A stretch of DNA of 62,847 nucleotides, filler included, from Pirum gemmata (Eukaryota), in NCBI GenBank assembly GCA_002812295.1. It is 22 parts of 22 records of this genome, joined end to end, with 100 filler letters (N's around TTAATTAATTAA, not from the genome) between each part and the next. Parts side by side here need not be neighbours in the genome. Positions count along the whole stretch, not along the records: positions 52,562 to 55,104 come from PDIN01005696.1; positions 55,205 to 57,564 come from PDIN01005697.1; positions 57,665 to 60,205 come from PDIN01005698.1; positions 60,306 to 62,847 come from PDIN01005699.1; 18 more parts are not named here. One strand, given 5' to 3'. This document shows, piece by piece, positions 52,562 through 62,847 of this stretch. A model generated the notes under the pieces. That model was not told the origin of the DNA and made no database searches. It saw nothing but the letters and a program-made list of their open reading frames with translations. The position numbers were made by a program, and so were the translations under genes. Every line of letters starts with the position of its first letter. Position 1 is the first letter of the stretch.

Positions 52562-53102
52562 CAGCAACCACAGCAACCACAGCAACCACAGCAACCACAG
52601 CAACCACAGCAACCACAGCAACCACAACCACAACCACAACAACAACCACCACCACAACCACCACAACAACCACAACCACAACCACACCAACAACAACAAT
52701 CGCCACCAATGCATTCATCCTCACCACTACCACAGCGTTCTCCGCGATTGTCGTCTCAGCGCTCCCCCCAAGTACATCATCAGGGTTATAGCACACATCC
52801 TTCCCGTCCTTCACCGCCTAGATCACCAAGACCTACCCGTCACCAACCATACCCAAGGTACTCGCAACCACCACCACCACCACCAAACCAAGAGAAAACA
52901 CCAAATAGAGAACAGCACATTCACCGTTATTATGACGAAAGCGGTTATAATAGTAATAAGGAATATCAACAACAACAACAACAACAACAGCAAGAACACT
53001 ATAATCAACATGAATCACATGATCAACACAATTACCCACAAAATAGCAAGTTTTATGAATACCAGCATGATAAATATTATCATCAACAATCACAACCAGC
53101 TG

Positions 53103-53159
<57 letters not shown>

Positions 53160-53503
53160 ACCAACAACAACAATACCAACAATACCAGCAGCCTAAAGAA
53201 ATTCACCACCACCACCACCATTATCATTACAATGATGAGCAAACACAACCACCACCACCGCGGCAACTAAGCCAACAACGGTATATACCACAACCTTTAC
53301 AACACGATAATCAACCACCACCACAATCATCGTTGTATTCTCATGATTTTGAACGCGGACGAAGTTGTGAACAAAAATACAAACATAGTCGTGGAAATAT
53401 GGTAATGGAGGCTATATCTAATGTCGAAGGACAATCAAAACAAACTTTATTAGGTACTCTTAGTTTCGCTGAACAATTACAAAGCGAATTGGAAGCACAA
53501 TAA
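52562..53503 (+). CDS. Q/P/H-rich protein C-terminal part (5' truncated)
   Basis: The frame is open from the scaffold start (QQP repeats) to TAA, ending QTLLGTLSFAEQLQSELEAQ. Confidence 0.65.
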
Positions 53504-53691
53504 GACTATAGTAAATTATTATTATTATTGTGATTTATATGATTTATTTGTTATTAATCTTGTGCATTATTGGTTTAGAGAGTTGGAAGTAGATCGTGTC
53601 TATTTGTTCCATTATTGTTTTTCAAACCTTTTGATATATATTATATATTTTTGTATTGGTGACTTAGCACCGTATAAAATAAAAAGTGTTT

Positions 53692-53983
53692 GTTATTAGT
53701 ATATTAGTTTTAACATTGTTAATATTGTAATTGTTATATTTCTGCTGGTTAGAAAAAAAAACAAAGTAATTAATTAATTTATATTTAATATTGGTCAATG
53801 TTGTATTATGCTTTTCGTATATTTTTTTGTCATTGTTGAATATATGTTATTAGTATATTAGTATTAACAATGTTGATATTGTAATTGTTATATTTCTGCT
53901 GGTTAGAAAAAAAACAAAGTAATAAATTAAGTTATATATATTGGTCAATGTTGTATTATGCTTTTCATACATTTTTTTGTCAT
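53692..53983. repeat. Tandem duplication of about 154 bp downstream of the Q-rich gene
   Basis: gttattagtatattagt...ctgctggttagaaaaaaaa...ggtcaatgttgtattatgc occurs twice. Confidence 0.85.
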
Positions 53984-54417
53984 ATATATATGGTGGGTTG
54001 TAACCTTTAAATTGTCATTTTTAAATGAATAAATAGATAATAAAATATACCCAAATTAAATTAAATGGACTTATATTGTATTAATTTGGTACTCAGCAGT
54101 CGAGTTGTATACTAAAGTTGCTGAACAATGTCATAAAAAAGCTCAATTCAATTTGGGAGAATGTTATTATTATAGTAAAGGAGTATTTTATGATGCCAAA
54201 ATAACTGAAAAAAAACTCTTATACCCTTTTCGGCAATTTTTTTTTTTTTTTGGTAAAATTTCAAGCTTTTCATTTCACGCTTAAAATTTTTTTCAGGTTT
54301 GAAATTGAAAATCAGGGGTTTGAGCCTTGGTCACCGGCAGGGTGTCCTCGAATCTCAGCACTTTTTTATGCAATTTCAGGCTTGAAAATTTTGAGCTTTT
54401 CCAAAAAAAAAAAATTG

Positions 54418-54706
54418 CATTTTGGCTCGATTTTTTTTTTCCTGGAATCGATTACTTTCTTTTTTTTTTTGGCAACCTTTTAAAGCAGTGCCGGGTACAA
54501 TATCATACCCTTCAACTTATTTGGTACGATGAAAAAATCAGCTCCAAAAAAAAAAATTGGATTTTACGTCCAAAATTCTAATTCTAACATTTTGGCTCGA
54601 TTTTTTTTTCCTGGAATCGATCACTTTTTTTTTTTGGCAACATTTTAAAGCAGTGCCGGGTACAATATCGTACACTTCAATTTATTTGGTACGATGAAAA
54701 AATCAG
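54418..54706. repeat. Tandem duplication of about 170 bp
   Basis: cattttggctcga...cctggaatcgat...gcagtgccgggtacaatatc...ggtacgatgaaaaaatcagct occurs twice. Confidence 0.85.
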
Positions 54707-54954
54707 CTACTGAATTTTTGTTTTTTTTTTCCTTTTTTTTTCTTGATTGAAAAAGTAACTTGATACCAAATTTAACAATTTTTTGTTGCATTTCTATTAT
54801 AAACCATCATTTGATACTTCGGGGGATCCTTTTCTTTGTAACAAAGAGTCACTGTAACTCGATGGAATGGTCAAAGTTCGAACATTTCCTTAATAGACTT
54901 TGTTAATGCAAAATTTTGCCTAAATCCACTCTAAAACATATTGTATATAAATAG

Positions 54955-55073
54955 ACTATAAAAGGGAGCGAAATTAAACCAAAAAATGTATGGAAAAAAG
55001 CATCAGAATTTGTGGAAGAGCTCCTATGCTCAGGCCATTGTCTGATTCCGACCCTACTAAACTACCAAACTAG
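54955..55073 (+). CDS. Possible exon, unknown protein
   Basis: aatag acceptor, GTATGT donor and one open frame (TIKGSEIKPKNVWKKASEFVEELLCSGHC..). Confidence 0.3.
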
Positions 55074-55519
55074 GTATGTTATTATTATTATTATTATTAT
55101 TATTNNNNNNNNNNNNNNNNNNNNNNNNNNNNNNNNNNNNNNNNNNNNTTAATTAATTAANNNNNNNNNNNNNNNNNNNNNNNNNNNNNNNNNNNNNNNN
55201 NNNNTACTTAGTTAGACCTAGTAGTAGCTATCCATAGCTAGCTAGCTAGAAGCCTAGACCTAGTCTAGCTAGACCTGGTGGACCGTGGAGACTGGTGGAA
55301 CTCTGGTGGACCTGGGGGGGGGGAGGGGGGGGGGGTTCTTTTTCAGAAATTTTATATGATAGGTCTAATTTTATCTATTTTTTTATCAGATTTTTTTATC
55401 ATTCATATACTAATAGTATACTAATACATCCTAAGGATTCTTTCTAACATACATATGATAACATATCATAAAAAAAAAAAATTCCTTTTTTAATTAATTA
55501 TCAATTAAAAAGAAAGAAC

Positions 55520-56005
55520 AGTAGACTCTAGTAGGTTAGTTACAGTTGTATGATTGATTATATTTCTATTTGTTGATTTGCTTCATAATAGTTTGGTATC
55601 GTTAATAATTTGATTGTCGTTTGGTTTGGACTTGTTGTACTTTTCATAATAGTCTATGATTAGCAATTGTGTTGTTTTTTTGTTGTAGAAATATTGTTTT
55701 TTTACTTTTGTTCCAAATATTATATTGCGTTATATGATAGTCGATGTTATGGTCCAACTTATGGATGTTGTTGCAGTTGTCGTCTACATTGGGATTTACA
55801 CTTTTTTAAAAAAGTTTTTTGATGCGTTAAACTATAGCCATTCTATCTAGTTTTGCAAGTTTGTCGGTGTTCAAAAAATTTTGGTTTGTCTTCTGGTGGA
55901 AATTCTTTGGAGCAGTATTGACTGAGTGTCATTGAAACGGTTGTTTTTTCGATGTTGGTTTTTCGAATCTTGTCTTGTTGATTTTCTTTGATGAAAGACC
56001 AAGAA
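55520..56005 (-). pseudogene. Degenerate ORF, possibly a non-LTR retrotransposon C-terminus
   Basis: Broken frame WSFIKEN..YCSKEFPPEDKPKFFEHRQTCK..HITQYNIWNK, with knuckle-like C/H spacing then IW. A second copy lies at 4900-5400. Confidence 0.35.
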
Positions 56006-56258
56006 CCCAGGACCCTAGCTACTAGCTAGGGAAGTTTTGTAAGCCGTTTTTTCCTTCTTAGAAAGACCTAGCTAGCTACCCTAACCCTCTAAATAACCCT
56101 AACCCTAAATAACCCTAACCCTAACCCTAACCCTAACCCTAACCCTAGCTAGGTTTACCATAGGAGTCCATAGGTACCTTAGTCACCATAACAATGTCAT
56201 GCATATGTGTCTCTAATATGATATTATGTAATTATATATGATAATATATAATACACTA

Positions 56259-56457
56259 TCGTCTATTTCATTACAGCTGTCCTATCAATCTTTAATTTGA
56301 TACCGTTTACGTATATAATTGAACTTGTTTATAAAATACAACATTATTAAGTATAATATACCAAATTAATTAAAACATATCTGATAGTTTAACCATAATA
56401 ATAATTTGATACGTTTATTTCAGTTTTTGAACTGGGCAACATTATTGAAAAACACGA
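56259..56457 (-). mobile_element. MITE family B
   Basis: TA|TCGTCTATTTCA ... TGAAAAACACGA. Confidence 0.8.
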
Positions 56458-56599
56458 CACTGGTAGTAATATTATAGCTACAGTCTCTACTAGAGTCTAT
56501 AATATCATATGATATTATTAGCTATTATATTATTAATTAATATTAGTCTATACTCTATAGATATAGACTAGGTCTCCATACATCGTCTAACGTCAAACG

Positions 56600-56990
56600 A
56601 TGCCTTCTGTGTTTTATGAAATGGACAGAGGAGACTTTCTCATTGGCTTTTAATTAATAATACTAGAAATTTTCATGTAACTAATACATGCTTGAAGTAT
56701 CATTTTTTGCTTTGGATAGGAATTCGAAAAGCTAGTACTGATGACTTAACTATTGATATAATACGCAATCCTTCAAATATTATATCAAATAATATCAATT
56801 TCTAAAGCGAATTAATGAGTACAAGGATCGCTGAAGGATGCTGTTCTGCCGTGGATGGCCACGGTACAGACAGCTAGATTTACTTCAAAAACTGAACCTT
56901 GGGAACTCAGCTCTGTGGGAACTCCTTGGGAACATTTGGTTTTCACTAAGGATTTTACAGTTTTACTATGATCAATGCTCATCATAGAAG
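56600..56990 (+). pseudogene. Decayed PIF/Harbinger-type transposase fragment
   Basis: GCCSAVDG (compare GCIGAIDG) followed by GFYSF; the frame is broken. Confidence 0.35.
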
Positions 56991-57080
56991 TAGAATATGA
57001 TCAAGTATCACTCAAAATAATGAAGCAAAAAAACGTTTTAGCTCTATTTCAAAGGAAACTCAACTTTAGTCTTCCCCTAT

Positions 57081-57416
57081 GGGAGCGTTCAAATACTACG
57101 CAACACTTACGGATTGGTAGGGGGGGGTAGAATTTTGTGACCAAAGTGTGACCATTTAATTAGTGTAGGTAGGTAGATATTTCGCAATGTTACGTCAGTA
57201 ACGTCACTCAAAAATATAAAAAAATGAGCTTTTTTTGGGTTTTTTTGAGCTTTTTTTGCTTTTTTGAGTATACTAATTAGGGTACTATTTTTTTTAAAAA
57301 ACGTTACGTCATTTATATGGGTAGGTCATTTTGCTCGATGTTACGATTGTGTGACTTTTGAGTAGGTGGGTAGGTTTTTGCCAGAAATTAGCGTTACGTA
57401 GTATTTGAACGCTCCC
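57081..57416. mobile_element. PIF/Harbinger (Tourist-like) MITE
   Basis: Perfect 20-bp TIR GGGAGCGTTCAAATACTACG / CGTAGTATTTGAACGCTCCC with a 3-bp TAT duplication. A related right end lies at about 15800-15914. Confidence 0.9.
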
Positions 57417-57756
57417 TATAACTTTCTTTTTTGTCTAGCTAGACCATCTAAATTGGATTCTCACTGTGGATTCTCACAGTCACAGACTCACAGGGCATAA
57501 AAGTGCGGTTAAAGTGCCTAGCTAGCTAGCTAGTCTAGACTGTCTAGTGCAAAGTGCATGCAACNNNNNNNNNNNNNNNNNNNNNNNNNNNNNNNNNNNN
57601 NNNNNNNNTTAATTAATTAANNNNNNNNNNNNNNNNNNNNNNNNNNNNNNNNNNNNNNNNNNNNCTAACCCTAACCCTAACCCCAACCCTAACCCTAAGA
57701 GCTAATAATACTAGAGCCAATAAAATAAATAGACTAGCTAGTCCATACAGTAAACC

Positions 57757-58288
57757 TCTCCCAATTCTGCTCAAGCCCGAAAACTCAAATTTCTGCTGTC
57801 GAAAAAAAAAAAAATCCGACCCTGTTGGAAAATTATTTTTTCCATTTTTTCGGGTTTATAAATAAATGAATATCGAATACTTAATTAACTGTTAGCTTGT
57901 TGTGGTAGATTTGGTTGCTGCTTTGAGTTTTAGTTATTTTATTGTTTTGATAAAATTAAGAATATAAAAATTAAAGAGGATTTTTTCTTCTGTTTTTCTG
58001 ATGCAACATGGTTTAAATACACTTTTTGTGTTTGTGTTTTTCCAGGGTTTCGGGTAGTTTTTCACCTTGCGGGTTTCGCTGAGTTTTTGCCATCTTTGTT
58101 TGTTCGTGTGTTTGTTCGCGTGTTTGTTCGTTTTTTTACTCGCGTGTTTGTAGTGTGTTTGTTCGCGTGTTTGTTCGCGTGTTTGTTCGCGTATTTGGTT
58201 TTTCTCAACAAAAATGTTCGAACTTATTTAATTCAATTAATGCATAGGCTCGAAAACTCGATTTTTTAAATAAAGCAGAATTGGGAGA
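57757..58288. mobile_element. MITE family D
   Basis: TIR core TCTCCCAATTCTGCT / AGCAGAATTGGGAGA; the left side extends to TA|CAGTAAACC (pogo-like). A deleted copy lies at about 14307-14497. Confidence 0.7.
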
Positions 58289-58454
58289 AGACTAGTTTTC
58301 GCCTGACTGAATACAGAGACTAACCCAGAATCTTATTATACCACCGACTAATATGTGTAAACGCACAAAACAAGTACTACTTTGAAGTCTCCATACACTT
58401 AAAATGCGATAAAAGTGTCAAAATGTGCGAAATCTGGATTTTAGTTAGAATATA

Positions 58455-58613
58455 TTATAAGTGCTCACCCATAAATCGAACACAAATATATGTGCTTCCT
58501 ATAGATCGAACACAAATATAAGTGCTCACCCGTAAATCGAACACAAATATAAGTGCTCACCCGTAAATCGAACAAAAATATAAGTGCTCACCCATAAATC
58601 GAACACAAATATA
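58455..58613. repeat. Minisatellite of about 31-32 bp, 5 copies
   Basis: tataagtgctcacccgtaaatcgaacacaaa is repeated. Confidence 0.9.
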
Positions 58614-59279
58614 TTTTTCTATATTAATATTATATACATTACTAATTAATAATAGTAAATATTGTTGCACGTTTTTTGAATTTTAATTCGTCTCAGTATT
58701 GATAATGAAAAAGTTTCACTTGCTTAATAAAAAATTGCTTTATTAAAAAACACAAAAGTAAAAGCTATTATTATTACCATTACTATTCTATTACAATAAT
58801 ATTACTATTCTATTATAATTACTATTATTATTACTCGAGTGTTTATGATCCCTAACACCAATTTATACTTTTTTTTTATCGCGTTTACCGCACACATCTG
58901 TAATAAAATCCCAGTTTTGATTAAATTCTTTCAAATTAATCATTATTATCAATTATCAACTGACTAGTATATAGCTATTTACTCCAATTTATAAATAACA
59001 TATTATTATTATGAATTATTTTAATTGTTAAAATATAATTATCTAAAAAAACCTAGTTACCGGTAGTATGGTCAGTAATTTCAGGATACACCCCTTAATT
59101 TAGAAACTAGGTCAAGAAACTCCTCTCTAATAGTGTTAGTTGACCTATTTTATATATGAGAGGTGTAACTTAAGTCATGCGATCAGTTTGGATATATCTT
59201 CATCGTCACTATCATTTTGAGAATTAGGTATTATTATTTAATTAATAATAATAAAAAAGAAGTAAAATCGGTTATGGAT

Positions 59280-59501
59280 TAATAATTAAAATACAATTTA
59301 TTGCTAATTTGAAAAAGGGATCATTAATATATTATGTGGTATGCGTATCAATACCATAAAGTCAAAGATATCAATAAAAAAATCATTTTTTGTACAGTAA
59401 AGTTTTGGAGATCTGTATTACTCCTACTTAAATAATGCAGAAATATCTAGAAAAAAATAAAATAAAAAAAAATTAGGCAGAAGTAGCAACTTCAGCAGTT
59501 T
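59280..59501 (-). repeat. Tandem copy of the acidic-protein 3' end (last 8 codons, stop, 3'UTR)
   Basis: Near-identical to 59501-59726. Confidence 0.9.
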
Positions 59502-59696
59502 AATAATTAAAATACAATTTATTGCTAATTAGAAAAAGGGATCATTAATATATTATGTGGTAGTATGCGTATCAATACCATAAAGTCAAAGATATCAATA
59601 AAAAAATCATTTTTTGTACAGTACAGTTTTGGAGATCTGTATTACTCCTACTTAAATAATACAGAAATATCTAGAAAAAAATAAAATAAAAAAAAA

Positions 59697-60205
59697 TTAG
59701 GCAGAAGTAGCAACTTCAGCAGTTTCAACTGGAGTTTCAACAACTGGTGCTTCAACTTCAGCAACTTGTTCTTTCTTTTCTTCAACTACTTCTTCAACAA
59801 CTGGAGCAGCTTCTTCAACAACTGGAGCAGCTTCTTCAACAACTGGAGCAGCTTCTTCAGTAGCAACTTCAGCAACAACTTCTTCAGTAGCAACTTCAGC
59901 AACAACTTCTTCAGTAGCAGCAACTTCTTCAGTAGCTGGTTCTTCTACCTTGTCTTCTTCTTTCTTTGGGTGTCTAATTTTTCTCAAAGTGTTTCTTAAA
60001 AAGTTATTTTTTCTGTTTTTCAATTGTTTCTTTTCTTCTGGTTTAGATTCTTCTGCAACTTCTTCAGTACTAGTAGCTTCTTCAACAGGAGCAGCTTCTT
60101 CTGCAACAGGAGCAGCTTCTTCTTTAGCTTCTTCTTTAGCTTCTTCTTCAACAGGAGCAGCTTCTTCTTTAGCTTCTTCTTCAACAGGAGCAGCTTCTTC
60201 TTTAG
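59697..60205 (-). CDS. Acidic E/A/V/P-repeat protein, 3' part
   Basis: Open from the scaffold edge: KEEAAPVEEEA repeats, a basic patch KNRKNNFLRNTLRKIRH, EEAAPVV repeats, then TAA. Strong codon bias. Confidence 0.8.
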
Positions 60206-60457
60206 NNNNNNNNNNNNNNNNNNNNNNNNNNNNNNNNNNNNNNNNNNNNTTAATTAATTAANNNNNNNNNNNNNNNNNNNNNNNNNNNNNNNNNNNNNNN
60301 NNNNNTGATTATGTAAAGGTTTGAATATTAGTATATTGTTGTGTTTTGTTTCATCTAGTGAAAACAAAGCCGCTTATATATACGTTATTTTTATTAAGTA
60401 AATTAATTAGTAATCATAACTTTACATTATGTACCTGTAGATTCATATATCCACACA

Positions 60458-60643
60458 TATATATAGACGTTAATTGGTGTATTTACATTCTTAAATTTAA
60501 GAATGTAAATACCATTATTAACGTCTATATATAGACATTAATTGGATTATTTACATTCTTAAAAAAATAGTATTTCATAGTCTTATTTTTCACTATAATA
60601 GACTATAAAATACTGTAAATAATCCAATTAACGTCTATATATG
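60458..60643. repeat. Two abutting palindromes
   Basis: tatagacgttaattgg..atttacattcttaa|at|ttaagaatgtaaat..ttaacgtctata, followed by a longer hairpin with the same arms. Confidence 0.75.
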
Positions 60644-61361
60644 GTAAATCCAGGATCCTCACTCAATGACATTCGCTCTATTCCTAAGGGAAAAGTCAAC
60701 ATCAGTACTACCACCTAATCATCCCTTTTTGTTTAATGGGTTTTAAAAAAAAGAGAAACAGTACCTCATCACCTAATTTGTATTATACCGATGACTATTA
60801 TTAATAAAAATAAGGTAGATAATACAAACAGACTACTATAGCTACATTTGCTTTGTCATGGAGACGGAGACGGCCCTATTCACCAAGCTCTTACCAGAGA
60901 GAAGAAAATATAGGCCCCTTTAAAATTTTCTAATTTTACAATTAAATAAAATGTGTATGTGTATAATATGTATGTGTGTGTGTATGTGTATTAATATGTG
61001 AATGTGTTACAATAACAATAACAATGACTATAACAATAACAATAACAATATTAATAATAATAACAATAACAATAACAATAACAATAACAATAACAATAAC
61101 AATAACAATAACAACAACAATAACAATAACAATAACAATAGCAATAACAATAATACTTATGTTATTGATAGCAATAACAATAACTATAACAATAACAATA
61201 ACAATATTAATAAACATAACAATATTAATTAATAACAATAACAATAACACTCAATATTAATAACAAGAATAACAATAACAATTTATCATTATTTTTTTCA
61301 GAAAGTCAAAATGATTGATTTTGAAATTTTAAAATATTTTTAAAGTTTTAAAAATATCATA

Positions 61362-62190
61362 ATGCCAAAAATTAAGAAAGGTGCTCGTGTTTATGTTTTA
61401 GCTAAACACTTTGGTCATGAGTGGTGTGCAGAATAGAGTTTGAACCCAAAAAGAAAGCTGAGTGGGACCGTAGAACGTAAATTGAAACAATATTATTAAT
61501 AATATTGTAAAGTCAAAATGGATTTTGACGGCGAGATTGAGGAAGTACGTAGTAGACATTGAAAAAGTATGTTTCTATGATATTACGTAGTAGTGAAGCT
61601 TCTAGTGCTGCTATTAGTCAAAATACAAATGCAGCTGAATTGGAAGAAAACAATAGCAATTCAGAAAGTGAGGGTAATGACAGTGAAGAAAGCAATGAAA
61701 ATGACAATAGTGGCTTTTTAAATGCTGATATTGATGATAATAGTGGTATTGATACAGAAAGTAGTGATATTCCTTACTCTTCTGGAAGTGATTGCGACTG
61801 GAATCTCATGATCAACGAAGACGAAAATGAGGAGTTTGATGAACGAGAGAATTCACAGTATAGTAGTCACAAACCCAAACTACACCTCCCTAACTTTCAT
61901 AGAAAGGGTATTTTCTATTTTTTTGAACATTTTTTCCCTGCTTTATCAACGAGGTTGTTTTTCCTTGTACAAACGCAGAAGGTAAGGAGTATGACCCTAA
62001 ATTCAAACCTGTAAGTTTAGGTGAGTTTTATCGCTGGATTGGTTTATGGTGTATGATGTTGGTTGCCAGAAGACCTGAACGTAGGTGTTATTGGTGCTCT
62101 ATTAAGTCTAGTTTTCCCTTCACTGTCGACTTTGGAATAATATATGACTAGAGATATAGGTTCGAGGATATCTTAAGCTACTTGCGATTA
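61362..62190 (+). pseudogene. Decayed piggyBac-type (DDE_Tnp_1_7) transposase
   Basis: Acidic N-terminus, then FYFFEHFFP, LGEFYRWIGLWCMM, RRCYW, DFG-YMTR and RFEDILSYLR, with in-frame stops and frameshifts. Confidence 0.8.
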
Positions 62191-62474
62191 CGATTATGAT
62201 TTTGAATACAATTTAACAATGAATTGTAATTTTTTTTTAAGTTTTTAATTAATTAAATGTTTTATTATAAAACAAGTTTAAATGATACATTATTCAAGTT
62301 GAATGATGCATTAATCATCAATTTAAATCACAAAGTTAAAAGACCCCAGTCATCCGGTGAGTTATCATTAATTTAATATTTTTTAATGAGACTTTCACAT
62401 TAGTCAAAACACTATGTGTACTTTAAGATTGAACAACGATTAAATCAGTACATCCAAAAACATGTTGTTGTTGC

Positions 62475-62556
<82 letters not shown>

Positions 62557-62847
62557 ATCCGAAAAAATGAAAAAAAAAAATAATATAATTGTACTACAAT
62601 TTCTATAATTCTCAAGTTTACCCTAATAACCACACCCTAACACATGCCCTAATCCTAACCATACCCCAACCCTAACTAACCCCAGCCCTAACCTCAACCC
62701 TAACCTCAACCCTAATTAACGCTATTAAACGCTATCATAACACTAACCCAAGTTCTTTCAGTAGGGGTGAGATGACGTCATTTTATTATTACCGAACATC
62801 TGTCGGAACATTTCCGATTTTATGGTTTTTATTACTATTAATGTTAA

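Noticed and set aside
61362..61510. TAA/TAG read as sense codons (alternative genetic code)
   Set aside because: ATP synthase gamma and GH88 end at TAA in the expected places, and intact exons lack internal stops. This is a decayed transposase.

Overview
Very AT-rich, intron-rich eukaryotic DNA with the standard code, GT-AG introns and TTAGGG-type repeats. The gene set (ERLEC1-, WDR13-, TM9SF1-, TMEM43-like) fits a unicellular opisthokont such as an ichthyosporean, but that is inference only. The window is not one locus: about 22 short scaffolds (mostly about 2.5 kb) are joined by artificial N-TTAATTAATTAA-N linkers. Hand-splicing recovers one complete intronless GH88 hydrolase and a Met-rich secreted protein. 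It also recovers partial genes for a group II PLP decarboxylase, HAD phosphatase, ATP synthase gamma, amidoligase, erlectin, WDR13, importin alpha, TM9SF1, enolase, an MFS transporter, TMEM43 and a GGGAFGN (Macro/PARG-like) protein. There are many MITEs and piggyBac, Harbinger and LINE-like relics. Two unexplained patterns recur on independent scaffolds. First, the extreme 3' end of four genes (last codons, stop, 3'UTR) is amplified head-to-tail, ending near AATAAA signals. Second, telomeric TTAGGG/CCCTAA tracts fill introns and join rearranged fragments at GGT(T) microhomologies.
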